IMG/VR virus record: IMGVR_UViG_3300025030_000054
Span: 1-64,000 of that record
Length of the DNA stretch: 64,000 nt
Reading direction: 5' to 3' (one strand)
Source: a virus
The stretch's first letter is position 1, and every line of letters starts with the position of its first letter. The notes under the pieces were generated by a model. That model did not search any database. It saw only the letters and a list, made by a program, of their open reading frames with translations, and was not told the origin of the DNA. The translations under genes and the position numbers were made by a program. Shown piece after piece: positions 50,381 to 60,111 of the stretch.

Positions 50381-51350
50381 TGGTCAGAAAACAATTTACT
50401 TTGTTGGATTCTTTAAGATATCCAGAGAGCTACAATTCAAATTATCTTGAAGGCTCATATACAGAGGACGGTTCATTACATTTTTATGGGTATTGGGATG
50501 AACGTAAGAAATGTTGGATACCTCTGAGCGAGCTGAAATACTATTCGGAATAGGGGAGGGTTATGATACGTGTAGAAGTAGACTTATCTGACATTCCTAA
50601 ATGGGCACAGACTAATGATACCGACGCCTTCTCGTGCTATATTGCTGGAGAACTCAGTGCAGCAGGTATTCCTATAGTTGGAAGTCCTCTGCTGTCTAGG
50701 GTAGATTTTACTAAAGGAACGTTACTAACTTGGTACGACTATGAAAATGATAGGAATATTTACTTATGGAAGTAGAGGAGGACAAAATGAAATGGAAAAA
50801 GAAAGAGAAGATTTATCCTAAGGAATACTCGACTAGACAAAGATATATTTTTACTTGGTATCCTGTAACAATAAGCGGAGAAACTCGTTGGCTATGGTTT
50901 TACAAAGTGGAGGAGATACATTATTACGGTACGTGCAGGCTTCTTGGAGATGAGAAATTCTATCCCGAGTTTGGATTTTGGAGCTACAGCCGGTGGATTG
51001 ACTAAAGGAGGGTAAAATGAATTCTAAAAAAGAGATTTGGATAACTAATAGCGGTGAAGTTCTAGATGTTGATGAGATGACCGAAGATCATGTTAGAAAT
51101 ACCCTGAAGATGTTGATAAAGCAAATTAGGGAAGGCAAGCTTGGTTGTCTGGGGTACCATCAGGATAGGATAAATATGGAGAGGCGTATGGAAGAACTGA
51201 GGGAGATTCATCCTAGTCTTACTACTGGGATTAGGGAGTATGGTGTGGATGGTGGGTAGGGGTTGTGTTAGGGAGTGGGTAGGGACTAAGGCAGTTGTTA
51301 GGTAAACCTTATAGTCTATATTATATATCTCGTCCGAAACGGACGACCTT

Positions 51351-51379
51351 ATTATACCACAGAAATGGCTTTTTGTCAA
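51351..51379 (-). promoter_or_regulatory. Antisense sigma70 promoter into non-coding unit
   Basis: TTGACA-N17-TATAAT with TG; hairpin TCGTCCG-TTT-CGGACGA at the expected start site. Confidence 0.85.
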
Positions 51380-51495
51380 GCTTTTTCTTCAATGAAATGA
51401 TTATTTTATTTTAATGTTCTGATTTTGGTAACTACCTAAAATTTAAGGAATAAGGACTGTCAAGAGAATTATATTTAGTGATTTGTATAATTCTC

Positions 51496-51525
51496 TTGAC
51501 AGAATTGGGTTTGGTGTGCTATAGT
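51496..51525 (+). promoter_or_regulatory. Sigma70 promoter toward replication genes; -35 lies within a 17-bp inverted repeat (51457-51473/51486-51502)
   Basis: TTGACA-N18-TATAGT with TG. Confidence 0.65.
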
Positions 51526-52841
51526 GGATTATTGGTTGTGTTGTTTTGTCGGTTTCTTACTACATGCCCATTACGTCTGACTGCATCTACGACAACACCC
51601 CCTCCGACATTGAAATCCTTGGAGATAGATAAAGCCGATTCTCCTGCCAAGTACCTCGTCACAGCAACGGCTTCTTGTTCCTTAGTTAGTGCAAATTTAC
51701 ACATAAGCGGGCGCATAGGTGTGTTCTTTTTGGCTAAAATTACATGCACAGAGGAGGATGATATACCAAACTTAGCAGCTATGCTCTCTGCATTGGCCCC
51801 TTCTAGGTATAATTTAACAATTTCATCGCCGTATAAGTCTATTAATTTTGGCTTAGGTTCTTTCTTGGGTTTTGGTGTGCACTCAGGTCTGCCATATACG
51901 TCATATAGGTAGTTACGAACCCTTTTAGCATTTAGTCGCAATAAGTCGCCAATAGCTCCTGCGGTAAGTCCTTCGGTATATTTTGTTCGAATTTGACTTA
52001 GTAACTGCTCGTCCCAATTGTGATCGCGAATAATTCCACGTGACCTTAGAAGTTTTGCTGTAGCTGCTTTAGGCACTTTGTACTTTCGTACGATAGCTTC
52101 AACTGACATACGATTTTCGTAATCTTTTATGATATTTTCTTTATTGTGCTCAAGGCGTTTATCACAAGCTCTAAGTCTTTTAGCTCCTTTCAGAATACTG
52201 CTGACTCTGGATTGGTTTACTTTAGTATGGGTTGATATTTCTTTTCTAGACATACCGCCATCGTGTAAAGTTTTAATGTAATTTATTGTTTCGTCTGGTA
52301 TAGCACTATAAAATGAGTTTGATCGAGGCTGAATTCCCTCACGGTCTAAAATGTTTCGCACAGTTTTGTGAGACACTTTATATTTTTTACCTAGAGTAAC
52401 CGTAGAGGCTCCATTTAGATATTCTTTAACTATTTCAAGTTCGTCTTCAGGAGAGTATTTGTGAGGCTTCAGCTTCCCTCCAGCGCCTCCATGGTGTACA
52501 TTTAGAAGTGGGTTACTTTTGTCTATTATCTTCCTTCCGATACTCTTTATTGCCTTAGTCTCTAATAGGTAAGCTTCATCTTCGGGCATATTGTCTTTCA
52601 ATTTAATTATATAATCTCTTAGATCGAAGCCACTATCAATGATTTTCAGTATTAGCTTGTGCTTGGCTGTCTTATTTTTATTCTTAGCCTCAGAAATATG
52701 ATTGTACATTCTGATCTTACTGCCCTTTCCGACATAAAATGGTTCATACTCTGTAACTAGACCTATATCTGGATACACAAAATTTCCTTCCACCAGCGGA
52801 TTGAGGTACACATAAATATAGAAATTACGTTTTTGTTTCAT
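51519..52841 (-). CDS. GIY-YIG-like homing endonuclease with tandem HTH repeats
   Basis: FYIYVY...YEPFYVGKG...RMYNH...EAYLLE...LLN; clear paralog of 3684-4682. Confidence 0.88.
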   Translation of the reverse strand: MKQKRNFYIYVYLNPLVEGNFVYPDIGLVTEYEPFYVGKGSKIRMYNHISEAKNKNKTAKHKLILKIIDSGFDLRDYIIKLKDNMPEDEAYLLETKAIKSIGRKIIDKSNPLLNVHHGGAGGKLKPHKYSPEDELEIVKEYLNGASTVTLGKKYKVSHKTVRNILDREGIQPRSNSFYSAIPDETINYIKTLHDGGMSRKEISTHTKVNQSRVSSILKGAKRLRACDKRLEHNKENIIKDYENRMSVEAIVRKYKVPKAATAKLLRSRGIIRDHNWDEQLLSQIRTKYTEGLTAGAIGDLLRLNAKRVRNYLYDVYGRPECTPKPKKEPKPKLIDLYGDEIVKLYLEGANAESIAAKFGISSSSVHVILAKKNTPMRPLMCKFALTKEQEAVAVTRYLAGESALSISKDFNVGGGVVVDAVRRNGHVVRNRQNNTTNNPL

Positions 52842-52902
52842 AACTACTCCTTATAAAATATGATCTGGCTACCAATGTTTACCCCTCACAACTCTTCCTT
52901 AC

Positions 52903-52936
52903 CTTATTATATACGTAAATGGGTAATAACTTATCA
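52903..52936 (-). promoter_or_regulatory. Candidate phage-specific (late) promoter
   Basis: TGATAAG-N15-GTATATAATAAG. Confidence 0.6.
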
Positions 52937-52953
52937 CTTAAAGGAGAAACAAA

Positions 52954-54324
52954 TTGTCAAAGATAGCTAACGTGCAGTATGAAATACTATCTCTCAAAAA
53001 ACTTCTAGACTCTAGAGATCCAGAGCTACTTAATAGACTACATTTTGATCTGTACTCTAACGCTGAACTAGCAAATATTTTGAAGATATCTAGTATACTG
53101 TATATGGACACTGGAAGACTGCCTAGCTGGGACCATCTTAAAGCGGAGATAGTAAACAGGGTATTACAGACTGACAAGCAAAACTTTTACCTAGGGCTGC
53201 TTCAAGATATCAAGGACAAGGACGCGGCAGACATAAGCACGGAAGACATAATTAAGAACTTGAAGACTCAAAGACAGTTCAGGCAGATACTGGACTCTGC
53301 TGGCAAACTAGTAGGGTCTGTGGAAAGTAGAGATGCTAACGCAGCAGTAGATATTATGAAAGAATTGTACCAAGACATGTTTTATCAAGACTCTCAAGAA
53401 TCCCTTGAATCTTCTGACTTAGTGAATATGGCAGGTAAGACAACGAGTATAGATTGGGAGACGACTGGCTACGACTCTATAGATGAGAGAGGTGGGATTT
53501 GTAAGGGTGGTTTATGGTACTGCTTAGGTGCAGCTAAGAGAGGTAAAAGCACATTAGCTCAAGGAATGCTGACCCATGCACATGAAAAGTACGGTGGAAG
53601 TTCTTGCTACATGTCATTTGAAATGTCAAAAATCGAGGTAAAGTCTAGGATACTGGCTGCCAAAAGCTCGACAGATATCGGCCTTGTAATAAGTGGATTG
53701 CTAAGTCAAACTGAGAGACTGAATCTAAGAAAAGCTGAGGTGGATCTTCTGATAGGACTTACTCCAAACGCAGAAGACTTTTGCGAGTACACTAGTCAGT
53801 TAAACGATGCAGAGTTTTGGGCAGAGGCTTGGCAGAATTTTGCGCCAAAGGATGATAGGGTCTACATTATCGACGATGCAGGCGATTGGGCTGATACGTT
53901 TACTAAGATGAGATTGTTGGCTACACTCAAAGGAGTCAAGCGATTTGTCATAGATTATCCGATGCTCATCCCTAGGGCATCGGGACCAGAATTCTCTAAA
54001 TTATCCACGTGGGAATATCATTTGGAAATGTCAAAGCAGTTAAAAAGTTTTGCTAGAAATACTGGCACTAGGATCATAGCCCCTGCGCAGTACAAAGAGG
54101 GGGAGGATAAAATTTCTTTTGCTAGTAATATTATCAACGATTGCGACGGAATGATTGCTTTGTATGAAGATGACGGAGACAAAGATTATGGCGAAATGGG
54201 TTGCGTGTCAGTTAAATTTAAAGCATACAGGAACTATATCACAATACCAAGTCAGCCGACACTTCAGCCTTTCAAACTACTTAAAGAATTAAACTACTCT
54301 AGATTTGCTAATTTCAACTTCTAA
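52954..54324 (+). CDS. DnaB-like replicative helicase
   Basis: TTGY..ID...GG, GAAKRGKST, SFEMS, FVIDY, LKSFA...IIAPAQ. Confidence 0.88.
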   Translation: MSKIANVQYEILSLKKLLDSRDPELLNRLHFDLYSNAELANILKISSILYMDTGRLPSWDHLKAEIVNRVLQTDKQNFYLGLLQDIKDKDAADISTEDIIKNLKTQRQFRQILDSAGKLVGSVESRDANAAVDIMKELYQDMFYQDSQESLESSDLVNMAGKTTSIDWETTGYDSIDERGGICKGGLWYCLGAAKRGKSTLAQGMLTHAHEKYGGSSCYMSFEMSKIEVKSRILAAKSSTDIGLVISGLLSQTERLNLRKAEVDLLIGLTPNAEDFCEYTSQLNDAEFWAEAWQNFAPKDDRVYIIDDAGDWADTFTKMRLLATLKGVKRFVIDYPMLIPRASGPEFSKLSTWEYHLEMSKQLKSFARNTGTRIIAPAQYKEGEDKISFASNIINDCDGMIALYEDDGDKDYGEMGCVSVKFKAYRNYITIPSQPTLQPFKLLKELNYSRFANFNF

Positions 54325-54906
54325 GGAGACCAAAACAATGCCTAAAACAATGACTAAACAAATCCCCAAAACCCATTCCCCAATCTTCACCAAACCAGAC
54401 CTATCAACCCTCTACCACAAAGACGACTGCCGATACTACTACGATCCTGAATTTTGTACGTGCGGTGCAGATGCTTTTGCGGAGCTAGAATTTTACAAAA
54501 CTGCTTACAAGGAGTTAGAAACAGCACTCCAAAAACAACAAGAAGAACATGAACAGCTCAACGAAACTAATAAGAAATATAAACAGGCGTTGGGGAAGAT
54601 AGCCATTGAGGAAGCTAACTTGATTAACACCGATGGAGGGCATTACCGTTACGAATACTGTGAGGTTTGTACAGTTATTATCAAACTAGCCGCAGAAGCA
54701 CTTAGTACAAAGTAAAGGAGCCAAAAAATGATCTATGAAAATTCCCAAGAAGGCAAATGTCCAAAATGTTCTAACCCACATCTAGATTCATCAGACGTAG
54801 AATTTGGTTCAGATTGGGTATCTCACTCAGTATTCTGTGACATTTGCCATTGGTATGGTTCTGAGGTTTATTCTACAAAATTTCTAAGAATGGAGGATGG
54901 AGAGAA

Positions 54907-55296
54907 ATGATCCTAAGATGCCCACTGAACGCACAAATTAATGCACTAATCTGCATATACACCTGCACAAAAAGTGTGAAAGAAGTATGCAAGGTTTACG
55001 AACAGAACTATGACAAGATTACCAAGCTGCTTATCGAACAGAAGTACCTTGATAAGTATGGTATTCCAGGGCACGTTCTACCAAAATCTAGGCAACCTAA
55101 AAAAGAATCTAAGAGGAAACCAAAGGAAACTACAGCTACAGTTAAGCCAGCTAAAGAAACTAACCCAAAGACTGCTAAACCTGCTAAAGACAAAGAGGCA
55201 GTTCCAGCAGCTTCGGTAAAACCTAAAAGGAAACGTAGAACGAAAGCTGAGATGGCTTTGGCTAGGAATAAGGAGTACCGTAAGGGGGCAGCCTGA
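54907..55296 (+). CDS. Cys-motif protein with histone-like basic tail
   Basis: CP...C.YTC...C; KPAK repeats, KRKRRTKAEM. Confidence 0.6.
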   Translation: MILRCPLNAQINALICIYTCTKSVKEVCKVYEQNYDKITKLLIEQKYLDKYGIPGHVLPKSRQPKKESKRKPKETTATVKPAKETNPKTAKPAKDKEAVPAASVKPKRKRRTKAEMALARNKEYRKGAA

Positions 55297-55506
55297 ATAA
55301 GTTCAATCACAAAAAGAACTACATAAGACCTTTAAGTAAAGAGTACACAGACCTTGACGCAGCAATATTCAAGAAGTACCTTCACATGCCTAAAGTATAC
55401 TTGAGAGGCATTATAAGAAGGTATCCTAAGAATCTTAACGAAGTCCCTTTGGTGCTTCACAAGCTGCTTGAACAATGTGACTCTTATATTTGGAAAGGAG
55501 TTAAGA

Positions 55507-56111
55507 TGGAACGTAGTAAAGAAGAAATGATTGCGGCTGTTAAGATGAAAATCTCCGGCGTTCCTCCTGCATATTTACTTAGAACAGAACTTCCAAGCAC
55601 TTGTGGAACTAACCTTAAAGTCTATCACAGCATATTGGAAGCACCAGAGTCACTTTCTAAATTAGGTAGGTTGTTGTATTTTCACAGTGGGTTTGAGGAC
55701 AATTCTCTTCTAGCAGCGTCTAACATAATTAAGTCAGGTGTCACAAAAGGCTTAAAGTGCAAGATGACTTCTATGCCTCAGTTCATGGAGGAGCTAAAGA
55801 CCTTTGAAGCCTCTAAGATATTGACCTCCCTAGCCGAAGCAGATATCTCTTGTCTGTATATGTTGGGAACTGTTTATGTTAAAGCTGAATCAGGGTTCAC
55901 AGAGTCTTCTTTATTGACCTTCATAGACCAAAGGAGGGTGAACAAGAAGGCAACTATTTTGTCATCCCACCTAACACCCGCTGAGTTCAAGACGAGATTC
56001 AAAATAGACCTTGATAAGCTAGGGGCAATTTGTTTCAAGATGGAAGATGATGGTGTGGTAAATACTGTGTCGCAGTTAGCTAAAGAACTTGCAGCGTTGA
56101 GAGGGGACTGA
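55507..56111 (+). CDS. DnaC/IstB-like helicase loader, degenerate
   Basis: FIDQRRVNKKATILSSHL..AEF resembles the DnaC C-terminal motif; no Walker A visible; start placed by RBS AAGGAG. Confidence 0.55.
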
Positions 56112-57014
56112 AAATGGGCGTAAGTATTAACTGCAAATCAAACGATAGAGGCACTTGGTGTGTAAACAGAAATGTAAAGCGAAGTCTGTTTGGCCTCGGT
56201 GCCCGCTGCTGTGTACTGTTCGATAATTGTTCCAGTAGCTGTCCCTTTCAGGAGAAAGTACTTAGGCCAGAATGTCCACCTCCCCGCCCCTAGAAAACTA
56301 AATTATTGAGGAGAACAACTATGCCAACAATTTTCATAAAACCTGTAGACTACCTAGTAAGCACCAAAGGAATTGGTATTGACGTTTACAACCAAGATGA
56401 TTACAAGTTGGTTGGGTGTACTTACTTATCAGTGAGTGATGCAAGGAATTTGGCTTGTGAGATTTTAAAGCAGTGTGAGCGGTTTGACAGTGAGTTAGCT
56501 AAGAATAAAGAAGTTGATGGCAAAACTTTTAGCGAGCTTGACTTTAAAAAAGACATGTTGTTTTAAAAATAATTTAAATAGGAGGTTATAAATGAGCCAA
56601 GAAATTATAGAAGGCATTAAAGTGCTAAGTGATATGATTAAGAAGTGTCAAGAAGAACTGAAGGTTATTTTGACTGACACTGAAACACCACTGGCAGAGC
56701 GTTGGGAGATTTATAAGCAGACGGTAGAAGAAGATATTATTAGTGAGGTTGATAATTACGGTCCAAGCCTTAGAATCTTAGATAAGATGGGTATTGACAG
56801 CCCTTACGACTACCTATACTGCGATAGATATGCTACTAAGGATTATCTAGATATAGTGGACACTCTGAGAGATAAAATTGCGACAGAGCCTAATAAACGA
56901 GGAAGTTTATGGAAAAGCGTAGATCTTACTAGAGAAAACATCAACAAGGTAAAAGAAGAAATCCTCAGCAAATTCCCTGAAAGGGGCTTTACCTATGACT
57001 GGTAGGTAATAACT

Positions 57015-57953
57015 ATGGAAGTCCTAGAAATCTTAGACAGCAGGGGTATCCCCTATGTTCACCGAGGAGACAATGAATACGCTATAGTCTGTCTCAACGC
57101 AGCAAATCATCAAGGAGGTTTTGATAGCAAGCCTAGTTTAAACATCAATGTGGAGAAACTTCAAGCCTTCTGTTTTAGCTGCGGATTCTCAATGTCAGAA
57201 ACAGGATTGACTCGCTGGCTTATTGGAGGGGAACTAGAAGATTTATCCTTGCAGACTATGGCTCTAAGGGCTAAGATAAATCGCCTGAAATTGGAAGAGA
57301 CTAAAGATCTTTCAGAAGCTAGGCAGATATTCATTCCACCTGGAGAACCTTGGGCCGAAGATGGGTATAGGGGGATCAGTTTAGACACCTACCAAAAACT
57401 TGGGGCTATAAAATGTACAAGAGGTTTTTACAGTGACCGGATAGTGTTTCCTATTTATCTGCGTGGGGAATTAATTGGAGTGGATGCTAGGGCGCTGCTG
57501 GAAGGGATGCAGCCTAAGTACCAGAGAAATAAAGGATCGCTAGTAAAATCTACTTGGCTGTATCCTTACGATTTGGTTTGCGAGAATAAGCCTGAGTATG
57601 TAATTCTTTGTGAAGGAATATTCGACGCTATAAATTTAGTGGATAAGGGCTTTGATGGGCTATGTTTCTTCGGCACAAACAACTTCGGGTTAACCAAACT
57701 TAGGCTCTTACTAGCTACTGGTTGCGGTGAGGTCATATTATTTTTAGATAAAGACGAGGCTGGCCAGGAAGCGCAGAAACGGATAGGTAGTATGTTAAGC
57801 GACTGGTTACACGTTACTGAGGCTTATACAGGTCACCTGAAAATAAAACCGATAGACTCTTTAGCGAAAGGAAAGTTAGTTTATCAGGACTGTGGCGAAT
57901 TGACTAGAGAAGAGATTTTAGAGGCTGTGGAAAATAGAACTAAATTTAAGTAG
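57015..57953 (+). CDS. DNA primase (Zn ribbon plus TOPRIM)
   Basis: C...H...D..PSL...CFSCG; RIVFPI; CEGIFDA; LDKDEAG. Confidence 0.92.
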   Translation: MEVLEILDSRGIPYVHRGDNEYAIVCLNAANHQGGFDSKPSLNINVEKLQAFCFSCGFSMSETGLTRWLIGGELEDLSLQTMALRAKINRLKLEETKDLSEARQIFIPPGEPWAEDGYRGISLDTYQKLGAIKCTRGFYSDRIVFPIYLRGELIGVDARALLEGMQPKYQRNKGSLVKSTWLYPYDLVCENKPEYVILCEGIFDAINLVDKGFDGLCFFGTNNFGLTKLRLLLATGCGEVILFLDKDEAGQEAQKRIGSMLSDWLHVTEAYTGHLKIKPIDSLAKGKLVYQDCGELTREEILEAVENRTKFK

Positions 57954-58037
57954 TTAAGGTATCTGAGAATTAAACTATAAGGAGGTACAGAATGAAGATG
58001 CAGCAAAATCGGTATTTACCAATTTCTAGGAGCATCA

Positions 58038-58424
58038 ATGGCATTAACGGAACAAGAAACGAGGCAAGAGGCGGAAAAGTTCTTAGCTTGGCTGCGACGA
58101 AAATATCCGGCGTATGGGGCACAGGTAAAGGTGATGTACATAAACAAACCGGAGTTGCAGCCAAAAGTGGAGGCAATGGTTTACCAGTACGGAAACGTGT
58201 TTAAGGTTCATGTCGCTACTAGAAGAGACTTTAAGTTTGTTCTACGTGGTGTTGCACATGAATTTGAACATGTTCGGCAGGTTGTAAATGAAGGGGTACC
58301 TATAAATAAAATTAGGGTTAATCAAGAAAAAGCAGCTTGGTTTTTTGCATTACAAGCCCTCAGAGAATACAAGAAAGAAGACCTTAAAAGATGGACTAGA
58401 ATTACTGGTGAGGAAGTTACTTAA
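58038..58424 (+). CDS. HExxH metallopeptidase-like protein
   Basis: VAHEFEHVRQ...E.AA. Confidence 0.6.
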   Translation: MALTEQETRQEAEKFLAWLRRKYPAYGAQVKVMYINKPELQPKVEAMVYQYGNVFKVHVATRRDFKFVLRGVAHEFEHVRQVVNEGVPINKIRVNQEKAAWFFALQALREYKKEDLKRWTRITGEEVT

Positions 58425-58795
58425 AGGATAAAAGGAGAAAATTATGTCAGAGAATTATTACGGAGTAGGGACTAGTATGCCGGGCGGGAGTTGGCTCTTT
58501 GAGGGTATATTTAGTTCAGAAAAATTGGCGGTAGAGGCTATTGAAGAATTACGTAATATGGTGGGAGTCTCACCTAACGGAGAAATAGCGCCTGAAGACA
58601 TGTTTGTAGCCTACCCAGTTGTGGTGGATGATTTTTATGGCAGCTATGACATATATAATTTTGAGGTGTACTACAGACCTTTGAGAGAGACTAAGGAAGA
58701 AGGACTTAAAGGTTTGATGGAGTATAAGAAATCTGTGGAAGAGGCTTACTAAGGGAATTAAAATAAGCATAACCGTTATAAAACGATTATTGATG

Positions 58796-58829
58796 GAATA
58801 AAAAGTTGGGTGACCTGGTATATAATAAG
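58796..58829 (+). promoter_or_regulatory. Candidate phage-specific (late) promoter
   Basis: GAATAAA-N15-GTATATAATAAG. Confidence 0.7.
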
Positions 58830-58866
58830 ATAGAGAAGTACAAAACTATCTTAGGAGAAGTATACC

Positions 58867-59043
58867 ATGTTAATTTCGTCAGGCACCGTATGGAAAAAAT
58901 TTGAAATTTCGAGAGTAAGTTTAGAAGACTGGTTTAATAAAGGACTCATAAGACGCTTCCCGACTCCGGGGGGACATTATAGGTACCTTGAAAAAGAAAT
59001 AATGGCTGTCCTCAATGTTACCGCTGAGGACTTACAGAAGTGA
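58867..59043 (+). CDS. 58-aa MerR/Xis-type winged HTH protein (below the ORF-track cutoff)
   Basis: MLISSGTVWKKFEISRVSLEDWFNKGLIRRFPTPGGHYRY; RBS AGGAG; GTGA overlap with next gene. Confidence 0.75.
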   Translation: MLISSGTVWKKFEISRVSLEDWFNKGLIRRFPTPGGHYRYLEKEIMAVLNVTAEDLQK

Positions 59044-60101
59044 TAGTTGATGAGTGGGTTGACGTGATTTGGAACTCTAGCACTAAAGACTACTACATTA
59101 ATTTAGGGTATAAATACACCAAGCTGAGAGGTCCGTTAAAAGTACGAGTAGAACACCTTACTCAGGGGTCCAGCCAACTAGTGACTGTTCAGTGTGATTT
59201 TTGCGGCAAAGTGATTAAAAGACCTATGTACAGATACAACCAAGTAACTAAAAACCAAACTACTGGCTATAGATGCAGAGATTGTTTTGAAGGGAACTTT
59301 GAAAAGGTACACTCCGAATTCTTAGCAAGAGGGCTCACTCCGCTATTCACTGAGTATGTAAACTGTAAAGAGACTTTAGAGTATGTCTGTAAAAAGCATC
59401 CAGATAAAGTACAACGGACCAACTACGATAATTTTTCTTCAGGGCGTGGTTGTATGTTATGCGGTTGGGAATCTACAAGGTACTTTAAATTATCCAAGAT
59501 TGAAGACATCAAAGAAGAATTTGCTAAAGACCCTAGAGGCTACATTCTTTTGAGTGAAAGTTACACGTCGCTAAAAGACAAGCTGCTGTATATTTGCCCT
59601 AAGCACCCCCAGGAAGTTATGAAAATTTCTTTAAACAATTATCGAAGAGGTAAAGGTTGCAGACTGTGTGCCTTTGACCGCCAAAGAGGTGCTGGGAATG
59701 GGAATTATAAAGGACTTTCCACTATTACTAAGAGTTTAAGGTTACACATAATACCGTGGGTCTTGACAGCCTTGAAAGAAAGTAACTTTACATGCTCTCT
59801 GACTGGCGTTAGGGGAGTGCCTTTGGAAGTTCACCATGAGTACTCCTTCTCGGCTAGTAGAGACTCAGCACTAAGGGCAACCGGATTTAGAAAAAATGCA
59901 GTCAGAAATGAACTTTCTGAAGAGCAGTACAGTGAGCTGGTAAAGGTATTTGAGAATATTCATAACAGACACGCACCTAAAGTTATACAAAAGCCTTTAC
60001 ACAAATTATTTCACAAGTACTACGGAAACCGCAATAACACACAACAACAGTTTGAAGAATTTGCGTCTGATTTCTCAAAAGGTTGGTTACTATTTAGCTA
60101 A
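59040..60101 (+). CDS. Zinc-ribbon repeat plus HNH-type homing endonuclease
   Basis: CDFCG, C.KHP...G.GC..C twice, C.LTG...LEVHH...HKLFHK.YG..NNT..QF. Confidence 0.82.
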   Translation: MIVDEWVDVIWNSSTKDYYINLGYKYTKLRGPLKVRVEHLTQGSSQLVTVQCDFCGKVIKRPMYRYNQVTKNQTTGYRCRDCFEGNFEKVHSEFLARGLTPLFTEYVNCKETLEYVCKKHPDKVQRTNYDNFSSGRGCMLCGWESTRYFKLSKIEDIKEEFAKDPRGYILLSESYTSLKDKLLYICPKHPQEVMKISLNNYRRGKGCRLCAFDRQRGAGNGNYKGLSTITKSLRLHIIPWVLTALKESNFTCSLTGVRGVPLEVHHEYSFSASRDSALRATGFRKNAVRNELSEEQYSELVKVFENIHNRHAPKVIQKPLHKLFHKYYGNRNNTQQQFEEFASDFSKGWLLFS

Positions 60102-60111
60102 GGAGGTTAAA

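Larger units (their letters stand above)
5291..51436. repeat. Dispersed palindrome GGTAATTACC (usually AAATTGGTAATTACCTA or its reverse complement)
   Basis: Core starts at 5291, 10414, 12604, 13226, 13275, 13418, 14091, 14613, 15352, 16218, 17347, 18131, 19378, 20470, 21258, 24217, 25724, 28257, 29653, 33652, 36460, 45134, 49603; single-mismatch variants at 17863 and 51427. Confidence 0.95.

Noticed and set aside
5291-51436. GGTAATTACC copies as CRISPR repeats or Xer dif sites
   Set aside because: Spacing is irregular (49 bp to kilobases) and encloses whole genes; the sequence does not match dif
59950-60111. Extended N-terminus of polA from the ORF track, or an intron joining HNH and polA
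   Set aside because: A strong RBS with in-frame TTG at 60112 explains the gene; polA motifs are complete and uninterrupted
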